Positions 33,661-44,000 of a stretch of 62,189 nucleotides of DNA are shown here, piece by piece. Origin of the DNA: a virus (taxonomy: Duplodnaviria; Caudoviricetes). Both the position numbers and the translations under genes were made by a program. The DNA is taken from positions 1 to 62,189 of the IMG/VR virus record IMGVR_UViG_3300042547_000074. The stretch is one strand, 5' to 3'. Positions within the stretch are counted from its first letter, which is position 1; every line of letters begins with the position of its first letter. The notes below the pieces were generated by a model. That model did not search any database and was not told where the DNA came from. It saw nothing but the letters and a program-made list of their open reading frames with translations.

Positions 33661-35601
33661 ATGCCCCTATCCAAACTTCAATTCCGGCCCGGTGTAAACC
33701 GCGACCAGACCAACTACTCCAACGAGGGTGGTTGGTTTGCTTGTGACAAAATCCGGTTCCGCTCCGGGTACCCGGAAAAGATTGGAGGCTGGGTCAAATC
33801 TACGCCGACACCGTTTGCTGGCGTGTGCCGCAATATGTGGAACTGGGTTACCACGTTCTCGGATAACCTGCTGTCACTGGGGACGAACGCCAAGCTCTAC
33901 ATCGAGGCCGGTGGTAACTATTACGACATCACGCCGCTCCGCTCGGTCAGCCCAACGCTGACGACGCCCAGCACGGACAACTGCATCCAGACGAGCACCA
34001 CTGCACCTACGACGATAACGGTAGTTATTCCCGCCGGGCACGGAACGCAGACCGGCAACTATGTAACCATCTCCGGCGTCGTGGGTCCTGTTGGTGGCGT
34101 GGCTGCTAGCCAGATCAACGGCAATCATAAAGTCACTGTGCTGAGTTCATCGACGTTCACTTTCCCCATCACGGGTCCGGTCACGTCCAACTCCGCTGGG
34201 GGCGGCGGTACGGCTATCAGCATCAGCTTTGAGATCGACACCGGCAATCCAGTTCCGCTCAATGGCTACGGCTGGGGTACTGGCACGTGGGGCCGCTCTG
34301 GTTGGGGTCTTGGCTCTACAAGTCCGGTATCGCAGCCCCAGCGCGACTGGTGGATGGACAACTTCGACAACGACCTTGTAGCTAACATCCGCAACGGCGC
34401 GCCATACATCTGGCAGCGTGGGTCTACCGTTGATCCGGGCGCGGCTCTGAGCACGCGGGCTATTACGCTTCAGGCGTACGCCACTGCCAATAGTTATGTT
34501 GCCAATGACGTGCCGGTCAAAGTTATGCAACTGCTGGTCTCACAGCAGGATAAGCATCTCATCGCCTTTGGCGCAGTGCCCTTTGGTAGCACAAATGCGA
34601 ACGACTTCGACCCCATGCTTATCCGTTGGGCTTCGCAGGATGCGCCGGGTAACTGGACCCCTACCGTTACTAATACCGCTGGTGACCTGCGTATCTCGCG
34701 CGGTTCGCGCATCGTTCGCGCACTACCTACTCGGCAGGAAATCCTCGTTTGGACGGATAGCCACCTCTACACCCTCCAGTTCCTTGGCACGACTGACGTG
34801 TTCGGTCTGCAAGAGTACGCAGACAACATCTCGATTGCCTCGCCCCGTGCCGTGGCAACGGCGTCTAACATCACCTACTGGATGGGTCAGGACAAGTTCT
34901 ACGCCTACACCGGTCGCGTCGAGACGCTGCCCTGTACCCTGCGCAACCACGTCTTCCAGAACCTCAACTTCGCGCAGGCGGAACAGATTATCTCCGGTAC
35001 AAACGAGCAATGGAACGAGGTCTGGTGGTTCTACCCGACCGCCGACTCCGAAGTAAATAACGCTTATGTCGTGTACAACCACCTTGATAGGCTCTGGTAC
35101 TACGGGAGCATCGACCGCACGGCATGGCTGGACACAGCCCTACGCCGCTACCCGCAGGCAGCAAACACTCCCGTGGCCGTAAACAACCTTGGCGACGTGA
35201 CGGTAGGCAACGGATATCTGTACAGCCATGAGAACGGTCTCGACGATGATGGCGCTGCCTTGTCGGCTTATATCGAGTCTTCTGACTTTGACCTTGGCGA
35301 AGGCGACCAGTTTATGCTGACCCGCCGTATGCTGCCCGACGTGAACTTTGATGACTCTACGGCCAACACCCCAGAGGTGACTTTGGAAGTGCGGACGCGT
35401 AACTTCCCCGGCTCCAGCCTCTCAAACAACCCCAGCGATGCTAAGCTGGTAATGCGGACCACGGTCGATACGTACACCGAGCAGGTCTTTGTTCGGGCAC
35501 GTGCAAGGCAGATGGCGCTTAAAGTCATATCCGACCAGCTTGGGGTTCAGTGGCAGCTTGGTGCGCCGCGTCTTGATATGCGCGAAGATGGTCGGCGTTA
35601 A
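33661..35601 (+). CDS. Tail hub/nozzle protein (P22 gp10 / tubular B-like)
   Basis: 646 aa beta-rich; KIRFRSGYPEKIGGW, IRWASQD...W, EVWWFYP; precedes the ejection proteins. Confidence 0.7.
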   Translation: MPLSKLQFRPGVNRDQTNYSNEGGWFACDKIRFRSGYPEKIGGWVKSTPTPFAGVCRNMWNWVTTFSDNLLSLGTNAKLYIEAGGNYYDITPLRSVSPTLTTPSTDNCIQTSTTAPTTITVVIPAGHGTQTGNYVTISGVVGPVGGVAASQINGNHKVTVLSSSTFTFPITGPVTSNSAGGGGTAISISFEIDTGNPVPLNGYGWGTGTWGRSGWGLGSTSPVSQPQRDWWMDNFDNDLVANIRNGAPYIWQRGSTVDPGAALSTRAITLQAYATANSYVANDVPVKVMQLLVSQQDKHLIAFGAVPFGSTNANDFDPMLIRWASQDAPGNWTPTVTNTAGDLRISRGSRIVRALPTRQEILVWTDSHLYTLQFLGTTDVFGLQEYADNISIASPRAVATASNITYWMGQDKFYAYTGRVETLPCTLRNHVFQNLNFAQAEQIISGTNEQWNEVWWFYPTADSEVNNAYVVYNHLDRLWYYGSIDRTAWLDTALRRYPQAANTPVAVNNLGDVTVGNGYLYSHENGLDDDGAALSAYIESSDFDLGEGDQFMLTRRMLPDVNFDDSTANTPEVTLEVRTRNFPGSSLSNNPSDAKLVMRTTVDTYTEQVFVRARARQMALKVISDQLGVQWQLGAPRLDMREDGRR

Positions 35602-35918
35602 TGGCTCTAACTAAGTTCCGTGCGGCTCCGCTGCCCAACCCACCTCCGGAGTACGACCCCCACTATATACGACAGCTTATCCGCGTGCTGGAGACTTACT
35701 TCTCCCAGTTGGATTCGCTCGCCCCTAACCAAGCGGAGTCCTACCGGGCTGATAATTTTTATGGCGGTACCCTTGATGGTATCTTCGCTGCACGGCAAGT
35801 GACTACAACCCAGAAGAACGCCCTAACGCCGCAGGCTGGCTGGGTAGTTTTTGACACTACGTTAGGTAAGCTGTCCGTCTACAACGGCACAAACTGGCAA
35901 ACGATAACGTCAACCTAG
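35601..35918 (+). CDS. Small tail protein
   Basis: LP.PP.EYD..Y...L...L..YF.QL N-terminus; coupled to the hub gene. Confidence 0.65.
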   Translation: MALTKFRAAPLPNPPPEYDPHYIRQLIRVLETYFSQLDSLAPNQAESYRADNFYGGTLDGIFAARQVTTTQKNALTPQAGWVVFDTTLGKLSVYNGTNWQTITST

Positions 35919-35978
35919 AAACTTTGGACAAATCGGTAGCGTCAGTGTAAGTACGAGATAGCGCTCAAGGATCAGATT

Positions 35979-38081
35979 ATGCAGGTTTTGGACGTTCAGC
36001 AATCTAGCCCCACGCCGTACACCCCCGCAGGGGGCACGTACAATAACAACCCGGTCCCCGGTGCTGGCGGCTTGCCGTCTCTTTCTGGCCTTAACAACCG
36101 CATGAACCCCATGGCGCAGGAGCTTCAGGGTCGGGGCCGCAACGGCGACTCCATGCTGGTGCACATGACTCCCGACGAAGTCGGCGGTCTCCAAAGTCTT
36201 GCCATGGCTATGGGCGGTTCGCTCTCCATCAACCCCGACACTGGCCTGCCGGAAGCTAACATCCTCAAGAAACTCCTTCCGGTGCTGCTGGGTGTGGGTT
36301 TGAACTTCGCCCTTCCGGGCGCGGGCCTTGTCGCTTCTCTGGGCGGCAAAGCCGCTACTGCTGGTCTCCTAGTGGGCGCAGGTCAGACCGCGCTTACCGG
36401 CGATATTAACAAAGGTCTTATGGCCGGTCTCGGCGCGTTTGGTGGCGCTTCACTTGGCGGGGCACTGGCAGGGAAGAGTGCCGCTGCGGCAGCGGCTCCA
36501 TCAGGTGCTGCTACGGCAAAAACTGCTGCGGCTAATATCCTACCGGGCGACGAAATTGCTATGAGGGCGCTAGAGGCAAAGACGCAGGCGGCGTCTAACC
36601 TCCTGCCGGGCGATATGCTCGCTGAACAACTTGCTTCTCAAGCCACATCTCTACCCATTCCGGGCGATATGCTCGCTGAGCAACTCGCTTCTCAAGCCGC
36701 TCCCGCCGCCGGTGGTCTTGGTGTCACAGCTCCAGCAGCCAAGACGGGCCTTGCTGGGTTCGGCCAGCAATTTGGTCAAGCTGCCCGTGGTACAATGACT
36801 GGGCTCCCCGCCAAAGCCGCTCCCTACGCTGCTGGTCTGGGTCTTTATGGCGGGCTTAGTGACGCCATGCAGCCCACCATGCTCCCGCTGGAGGAAGAAG
36901 AGTCAAACTACGAAGGGCCGTATCTGTCTCAGCCGCGTAGGTTGACCCCGCGCGAGTCGGGTTCCGGCGGTGAGGTTGTCTTCTTCGACCAAGTGAACCC
37001 GTACCCCGGCTTCTTGACCCGTGAAGGGCGAATCCCCACTGGGTACGCTGAAGGCGGTCAGGCGTCGTCGCGTCCGTTGACCCATGAACAGTTAATCTCG
37101 ACCGGTTACACAGACCCGGCTACCGGTGTTCAGTCTCAGCTTCAGGCCAGCAACCTTTCGAGCCTGATAGGCGGGCGTTCTAACCTCGGCGGCGTCGAGT
37201 ATATCGTCAACGATCTCGGTAAGTGGGTACCTTACACAGCCCCTGCTCCCACTGCCGATACTTCTGCGCCGGCTCCGACTGCTCCGCCTCCGACTGCTCC
37301 GCGCCCGCAGGGTCCGCCTCCTATGATTGCTCCTCCCCCGCCTCCGGGTCAGACTGGTCAAACTGGTCAGGCTCCCATGGGTATCGGTGCGCGAGCTGCT
37401 GCGGCGCTGCCTGAGCTTATCTCTTACTTCCAGACATCGCCCGGTCCCATCACGGCTTCGCGCACCTATCCGGGCGGCTCTCCGTCTGAGCGCATCCGGG
37501 CCAATATCCGTGGTGGCGCTGCCGGCCCTCGTAGTGAGGCAGACTTTGGTTTTGCAAAGTCCTCTTCACTTGCTCCAAACTCACCGGTTGGCGGACCTGC
37601 GCCGATGGATATCAACGACATCATCCGTACTATTTCTGGTGGCGGCGGTGGCGGTTTCACCGGTAGCTATGACCCAGCAATGATCCTCCGCGAAGATTCT
37701 AACTCCTTCGCCCGTGGCGGCGACGTAAATATGAAGGATGGCTCCTTTGTCGTCGATGCGCGCACGGTTTCGGAAATGGGTAACGGCAGCAGCAATGCTG
37801 GCATCGAGCGTCTTGCTGCTATGGGCGGTCGCCCTGTTCGTGGCGGTGGGGATGGTGTTAGTGATTCTGTCCGCGCTCGTATCGGTGGCCGTCAAGAAGC
37901 CCGTGTGGCGCGCGACGAGGTGATCTTCTCTCCGGAAGCTGTTGCCCGTGTCGGCGGCGGTAACCATAGCAAGGGCACCAAGAAGCTCTACGCTCTTATG
38001 GATAGAGCCCACAAGGCTCGCAAGAAAGCTGGCCGGGGTCAGGACACCAAGGTTGCCAAGGGGCTGGGGGGTCTAGCGTGA
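35979..38081 (+). CDS. Internal virion/ejection protein with YAEGG/FARGG motifs
   Basis: 700 aa; GRNGDSMLVHMTPDEV...INPDTGLPE, hydrophobic Gly/Ala segments, C-terminal GDGVSDSV.A...DEVIF domain. Confidence 0.65.
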   Translation: MQVLDVQQSSPTPYTPAGGTYNNNPVPGAGGLPSLSGLNNRMNPMAQELQGRGRNGDSMLVHMTPDEVGGLQSLAMAMGGSLSINPDTGLPEANILKKLLPVLLGVGLNFALPGAGLVASLGGKAATAGLLVGAGQTALTGDINKGLMAGLGAFGGASLGGALAGKSAAAAAAPSGAATAKTAAANILPGDEIAMRALEAKTQAASNLLPGDMLAEQLASQATSLPIPGDMLAEQLASQAAPAAGGLGVTAPAAKTGLAGFGQQFGQAARGTMTGLPAKAAPYAAGLGLYGGLSDAMQPTMLPLEEEESNYEGPYLSQPRRLTPRESGSGGEVVFFDQVNPYPGFLTREGRIPTGYAEGGQASSRPLTHEQLISTGYTDPATGVQSQLQASNLSSLIGGRSNLGGVEYIVNDLGKWVPYTAPAPTADTSAPAPTAPPPTAPRPQGPPPMIAPPPPPGQTGQTGQAPMGIGARAAAALPELISYFQTSPGPITASRTYPGGSPSERIRANIRGGAAGPRSEADFGFAKSSSLAPNSPVGGPAPMDINDIIRTISGGGGGGFTGSYDPAMILREDSNSFARGGDVNMKDGSFVVDARTVSEMGNGSSNAGIERLAAMGGRPVRGGGDGVSDSVRARIGGRQEARVARDEVIFSPEAVARVGGGNHSKGTKKLYALMDRAHKARKKAGRGQDTKVAKGLGGLA

Positions 38082-38506
38082 GCGAAGTCCTCGTCTCTGC
38101 TGTCCCCACGGAGCATGTCTCGGCTCTTTGGCCGGTAGTGGAAAACTATGTAGCCTCCGCAGTTGGGCACACGCGCGGCTGCTACAACCCGGAGGACGTC
38201 TACCAGCAGTTGCTGGGCGGTACTCACCATCTCTGGATTGCGTTTGAGGGCACGGACATTAAAGGCTGCGTAGTTACGCAAGTCTTGCAGTACCCACGGA
38301 AGAAAGTGCTGGGCTGCTATATGGCCGGGGGTACGGATTTCGCATCATGGAAAACATCCATGATGGCGCTTCTCTCAAAATTTGCTATAGACAACGACTG
38401 CGAGTGCTTTGAGGCTACAGGACGCCCCGGCTGGCTGCGGATGTTTAAGAACGAAGGTTGTGAAGTGGTGTGGCAGACGTGCCAGCTTCCTATCACTAGG
38501 AGTTAA
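38078..38506 (+). CDS. GNAT-like small protein of the ejection module
   Basis: 142 aa; LWI......GCVVT....YP.K..L....GG...GRPGW.R. Confidence 0.5.
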   Translation: MSEVLVSAVPTEHVSALWPVVENYVASAVGHTRGCYNPEDVYQQLLGGTHHLWIAFEGTDIKGCVVTQVLQYPRKKVLGCYMAGGTDFASWKTSMMALLSKFAIDNDCECFEATGRPGWLRMFKNEGCEVVWQTCQLPITRS

Positions 38507-38508
38507 CT

Positions 38509-39783
38509 ATGGCGGGTTCTAGTCAACCTACGCAGCAAGAGCAGAAGGTAACGCAGACCAATCTGCCGGACTACGCAAAGCCGTATTTCGAGAACCTACT
38601 GGGTCGCGGGCAAGGGCAGCTAAATCAAGAATATACGCCTTATCCCTACGAGCGTATTGCTGGCTTCACTCCGGCGCAGGAACAAGTCCAGCAGAACGTC
38701 CTTGGCTTGGGTGCTCCCAACCAGTTTGCGATGGGGTCGGGTCTTGCCGCTGCCGCTGGCCAAGGGTCGCTGCTTGCCAGTGATTACGCGCCGGGTCAGT
38801 TCAACGCACAACAGATTACGGCGGGACAGGTCAACGCGCCATCTATGCGCGCTGCGCAGACTTCCTTCGGGTCTGGGCCTCTCGAACAGTTTCGGATGGC
38901 TGCTCCAGAGCGGTTTGGGCAGGCGCAAGCTCAAGAGTATATGTCACCGTACATCCGCAACGTGCTGGATGTGCAGAAGCGCGAAGCTATCCGAGATGCG
39001 CAAAAGGGACAGGTAGCTCAGGACCTTGGTGCGGCTCGTCAGGGCACCTATGGTGGTAGTCGCCAGTTGCTGGCGGGTATTGAGCGCGAACGTAATCTCG
39101 GCCAGCAGCTGGGTGATATCGAATCCCGTGGTTTGCAGTCGGCGTTTGAGAACGCGCAGAGCCAGTTTGAGCGCGACCGTGGCGCGGGCATGACCGCTGG
39201 GCAGCAGAACTTGGGAGCCGCTCTTCAACAGCAGCAGCTGGGCACTCAAACGGGCCTTCAGGCGGCGCTGGCTAACCTTACGTCTGCACAACAGTCGAAC
39301 GTGCAAAACCTCGCTGCGCAGCTCCAGACCCAAGGTCTAAACGCTGAACAGTCAATGCGCGCTGCGCTGGCTAACCAGCAATCTAATCTTGAAGCTCAGC
39401 GCCTTGGTGAGCAGTCCCGTCAGTTCGGTTCGCAGCAGGGGCTGGCTGGTCTTGCGCAGGCTGGTCAGATGGGTCAGACACTGGGTAATCTCGGTCAGTA
39501 TCAGCAGCAGGCTGATCTCCAGCGGCTTCAGGCGCAGGCAGGGGCGGCGGGCGAAGTCCGTGGTCTGGAGCAACAATACCTCGACCAGATGTACGGCGAC
39601 TTCCTGCGTCAGCGCGATTTCCCGATGGAGCAGCTTGGGCAGTTCAGCAGCCTCCTGCGCGGTTTGCCGATGCAGCTTAATTCGACTCAAACGGCCTATG
39701 CTACGCCGCCGTCGTTTGCTTCACAGGCTATCGGTGCCGGTCTCGGCGGCCTTAGCTTGGCCCGCTTGGCTGGTGGCCCGTAA
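38509..39783 (+). CDS. Gln-rich ejection/DNA transfer protein
   Basis: 424 aa; YMSPY...V.D, G.YGGSR, AALANQQ repeats, hydrophobic Gly-rich C-terminus. Confidence 0.65.
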   Translation: MAGSSQPTQQEQKVTQTNLPDYAKPYFENLLGRGQGQLNQEYTPYPYERIAGFTPAQEQVQQNVLGLGAPNQFAMGSGLAAAAGQGSLLASDYAPGQFNAQQITAGQVNAPSMRAAQTSFGSGPLEQFRMAAPERFGQAQAQEYMSPYIRNVLDVQKREAIRDAQKGQVAQDLGAARQGTYGGSRQLLAGIERERNLGQQLGDIESRGLQSAFENAQSQFERDRGAGMTAGQQNLGAALQQQQLGTQTGLQAALANLTSAQQSNVQNLAAQLQTQGLNAEQSMRAALANQQSNLEAQRLGEQSRQFGSQQGLAGLAQAGQMGQTLGNLGQYQQQADLQRLQAQAGAAGEVRGLEQQYLDQMYGDFLRQRDFPMEQLGQFSSLLRGLPMQLNSTQTAYATPPSFASQAIGAGLGGLSLARLAGGP

Positions 39784-39793
39784 GGAGTATTAG

Positions 39794-41050
39794 ATGCCCA
39801 AACCGTTCAGCATTCAGTCTCCTGAAGCGATTGCCAAGGAATACGGCGGTAACAAGCAGAAGATCGCGCAAGCGATGCAGATGGGGCTTGTCGACCCCAC
39901 TGCGGGTACCCTTGCGGGTATGTTCATTGACCGTATGCGCGGCGCGCAGATGCAGGAAGGCGCTCAACAGCCGTCCGTAGCACAGCAGGTCTTTGCTCCT
40001 CCGGCTCCGCCTGCCCCGATGGGTGCTCCGCCTATGGGCGGTATGCCGCCCGGTGCTCCTCCGATGGGTGCTCCGCCTATGGGCGGTATGCCGCCCGGTG
40101 CTCCTCCGATGGGTGCGCCTCCGATGGGCATGGCTGACGGCGGCCTCGCTGCGCTTCCCATCTCCGAGAGCATGTTCGACGAGCCCGTGGACGGTGGGTA
40201 TGCCGATGGCGGCATCGTGGCTTTCGCGGATGGTGGGCCGACCAATTTTTACGGGATGTCCACAGACATCGGTGCTAACCTTGGCATGTTGCAGGATCGC
40301 CTCAAGCCGGAGACGGAGTTCACCGAACGTGAAGCTCAGTATGTCCGAGACACGCTATCACCTGAAGCCCAGAAGAAGCGCCGCGACGAGGACAAGTATT
40401 TTGCGCTTGCGCAGTTGGGCGCTGCCATGGCGAGCACTCCGGGTAGTCTGCTACAGGCATTTGGTGCGGGTGTTGGTAAAGCTCTCCCCGGACTTCAGGA
40501 AGGAGCCAAAGCACGTCGGGCCGAAGAGCGTGAGGCTATCAGCGTAGGCGCACAGCGTGAGCTTGGACGTAACAAAGAGCAGCGTGAGTTGCTCAACACC
40601 GGTTTGGGCATGGTGGAGAAGGCCGGCGGCTTTGCTGAAGCCGCTAAGACCCGTGAGTTCCAAGATAAATGGAACCGCATGGACGATAAGACCCGGCGCG
40701 ACCTTGGCTATCTTACGGCTAGCACGCAGCTTAAAGTGGCGCGTGAACGCACCGCCGGTATCGCTGACTACCAGAAGAAAGAGTCTGACAAGGTGGCACG
40801 CGCGGAGCAAGCGGCGCGTGTCAAGTTAGCGGGTAGCGCGGCTCAGATGGCGGCGGCGGAGTTGCAGAAAAATACTAAATATCTGAGGGCCGTCCGGGAG
40901 GGTAGGGGAGAGGACGCTCGCAAACTTCTTAACGCCACCTCGGCGCGCATCTTCAACGACATGCTGGCTAACGCTGGTATTGATGAGGCTGGCGGATTGG
41001 CGGGTTCAGGTGTTATAGACTTTGATGACCTGAACCCCTCCGCTGATTAA
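39794..41050 (+). CDS. Ejection-type protein with MADGG/YADGG/FADGG motifs
   Basis: 418 aa; Pro/Met/Gly repeats followed by a helical region. Confidence 0.65.
   Translation: MPKPFSIQSPEAIAKEYGGNKQKIAQAMQMGLVDPTAGTLAGMFIDRMRGAQMQEGAQQPSVAQQVFAPPAPPAPMGAPPMGGMPPGAPPMGAPPMGGMPPGAPPMGAPPMGMADGGLAALPISESMFDEPVDGGYADGGIVAFADGGPTNFYGMSTDIGANLGMLQDRLKPETEFTEREAQYVRDTLSPEAQKKRRDEDKYFALAQLGAAMASTPGSLLQAFGAGVGKALPGLQEGAKARRAEEREAISVGAQRELGRNKEQRELLNTGLGMVEKAGGFAEAAKTREFQDKWNRMDDKTRRDLGYLTASTQLKVARERTAGIADYQKKESDKVARAEQAARVKLAGSAAQMAAAELQKNTKYLRAVREGRGEDARKLLNATSARIFNDMLANAGIDEAGGLAGSGVIDFDDLNPSAD
40016..40129 (+). repeat. 45-bp tandem repeat x2.5 (PMGAPPMGGMPPGAP)
   Basis: 40016-40060 equals 40061-40105, then a partial copy. 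Confidence 0.9.
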
Positions 41051-41059
41051 GAGGTAATC

Positions 41060-44000
41060 GTGCCCGACGTCCGGATGCCTAACGGTACCATTATTCGCGG
41101 CGTACCTGATGGGGTTTCGCGGGATGATTTGCTTCGCCGCCTACAGGGCAGCGGATACGACACAAAAGCGCTTCTTGGGCCGCCTGTTGCCTCAGAAGCC
41201 GAGGTGCCGCAAGCACCAGAAGAACCCCAAGAAGAACTCGGCTTCTTTGGTGCGCTGAAACGCGGTTTCACCACGCTGGGTGATGTGCCGGAAGCCTTTG
41301 GTTTTGCCACGGGTAAGGAAGGTGCGCGCGAGGAGCTGGTCAAGGCGCAGGAAGGCGAAGAGAAGCGAGCCGAAGGGTTTGGTCTGGATAAGACGCTAGG
41401 TGAGAACGTACAGGCGCTCAAGGAGCTGGCCGGCGAGTCTCTTGGCTTTATGGGGGCCCCGCTTGCTGCGGGCGCTGCTGGCTCTCTTGCCGGCGGACCT
41501 ATTGGTGGGGGTATCGCAGCCGCCGCTACGCTTCTTTCCCAGTACGGTGTCCAGAACTTGGCCCGTCAGGCTCAGGAAGACAAGGCGCGGGAGGAGCGCG
41601 GCGAAGCTCCACTGGGTCCTATGCCCGGTCGCGCTGCCGCTGCCGCTGTGGGTCAAGCCGGTCTAGATGTCGCTGGTTTTGCACTCCCTGTATTGCGCCC
41701 AGTGGCTGCGGCGTTCCCGTTCCTTCGCCCGCTTATCGGTATTGGAGGTAAAAAGGCAGCGGCGGAAACGGCTGAAGCTATCGTCGGGGCAGCGGCCAAG
41801 AATCAGCTCACCATCAAGGGTGGCATTGCCCGTGGTATCGCGCAGGGGGTGGCGTTCGAAATCCCCCAAGAAACGGCACAGACGGTGCTGGAGCGGTGGC
41901 AAGCTAAGCTCCCCCTCGATGACGACTCCGCAATTGAGGAGTATAAGCAAGCGGCTATCGGTGCGGCTGTCCTCGGCGGTGGCTTCGGTGGTATCGGCGG
42001 CGGTGTAAATGTTGTGCGGGAGCGCGCCGGCGAAGCCAAAGAGGCTAAAGCGCTGGAAGCGGCGGCGGGACTTGAGCGGAGTACCCCTGAAGAAAAAGCT
42101 AGGTTTGAGTCCTTGCTGACGGCTGCGGTAAACGAGTATGCCAACGCGAACCCGAGCACTCCCCCGGCTGATATCTTTAAGGCGCTGCGGGACGACGGCA
42201 CCATCCGTTCCCTAGGCAATCAGGCGAGGGCAAATGTCGAAGCGACGCAAGCGCAGGCGGAAGCGGGAGCAGGACTGGATGGAGGAGCAGGTCAACCTGA
42301 CGTGGATGTCGCTGGAGCAGCTGGGGCAGGCGTTCCACCTGCTGGCGCTGCCGCGACCACCGGAGAAGCTACCCAAACCGTTCCACAAACTGAACCCGTC
42401 GGAATGGCTGGCACTGGAGAGCCTGCTGGTGTTGCTACTGGCGCAGAAGCGAGACCAGACGGTACACTGACGCCGGAGGCGACTGCATCCGAAACGCAGG
42501 CCGCCGAAGACTTTTACCCAGACCTGATGCCGGCCTACATGGCTGAAACCAGCGTAGCTAAGCAGCGCGCCCTAGCCCCGGTGGTAGCTAATATTTTTTC
42601 GAAGCTGACCGGGCTTGAGGGGTTCAACTCCCCCAAGATCAAAGCGCTGCCGGAGAACATCCAGAAGGCGTATAACGCCACGGTTGCGGCTGTCCTTAAT
42701 GGCGTGAAGCCCGGATACAAGGGAAAAGTCATCAACCCTGAAACAATCGCTCAGCAGAAAATGGCTGAGTTCAATGTCACGCTACCCGAAGTAGCTACGC
42801 AAGCTGCGCCTGAAGTTGCGCCTGCCGAGACGGCTGCGCCGCCTACATATACGTACGCAGACCTAGTAGCAGAAGCTGATTCGCTTGTAGCGCCAGACCC
42901 AGAGTTGGTTCTTCCGGGCCAGCTAACTGCCCAGCAGTTCCAGCAGTTCAGTATCCAAGCGGAGCAGATGCCCGCGCTGGCAGAGCAAGGCGTAGAAGTA
43001 CCTAGCGCCTTCGAATTGCGGCAAGACCTGTACAAGGTGGCTGGACGCGAAGCGCCGCCATTGGCAGCTCCGACTGCGCCTGAGCCAGCGGCTGCTGAAG
43101 AATATGACCCAGAGACCCTCGCTGCGGCTACTGCGCAGGCACCGAGCGTATGGGCCACGCTGAGCAAGCAGGTGGAAGGCAAGCCGCCAGCTGCATGGGA
43201 TACACTGGAAGAAGAGGCGCAAGACGAGTTCATCGCCGCCATTGCTAATACTCCGGTTGACGCAACGCCCGTTGCTCGGGTCAAAGCTATCCGTCCTGTC
43301 TTTGACGCTATCCGTACCGGTAAGCCCATCCCGAAGGCTGCCGCTGCTCCCGCCGCTGCGGCTGCACCTGCGCCCGAGCCGCAAATCACAGTTGAAGCTG
43401 AGCCCGCTCCCAAGGCAGGCGGCGCTGGTAAGCCGCCGAAGCCGCCGAAACCACCAAAGCCGCCTATTGGCGCTGCTCCGGAGCCCGGTCCGAAACCCAA
43501 AAAGCCCCGCGTCATCAAGATCAATCAGGCCAAACTCAAGTGGGCCATGCGTGAGGCTGGGCTGCTGCAACGGCGCGACAACGTCTTCCGTAAGAAACTA
43601 CTGCGGAGTAAAAATACCCATCAGCTGAGCGACAGCGTTGGTGAAATGTTCTTTGGTTCCCGTGCTTATCAGGGGCCGATGAATTTGCTGCGCGCTTTGC
43701 GCGATAGCCTGACGCCGCAGGCCAAGAGAGCCATGCTGCCGTTCCTTCCCACCGACGACATTACCCGGTGGGTGGGGGATCGTCTCAAGAACGTAGCGGT
43801 CATCAACAAGCTGATCGACGACATGACGGTCTACCGCAACAAGCGCCTTGAGAAGACGAGCGCCATCCAGAACAAGTGGATGAAGTTCACGACGGCTTTC
43901 CCCAAGGGGGCCGACATCCTCAACGCGCTTACCAAGCTGGCTGACTTCCACGACGTCGACCCGACGCTGGCCGCTACGCCAGAAGAATATGCCAAGAGCG

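Noticed and set aside
25596-33684. Similar N-termini MPLSKFQ (25596) and MPLSKLQ (33661)
   Set aside because: The match is too short, diverges immediately and is plausibly chance.
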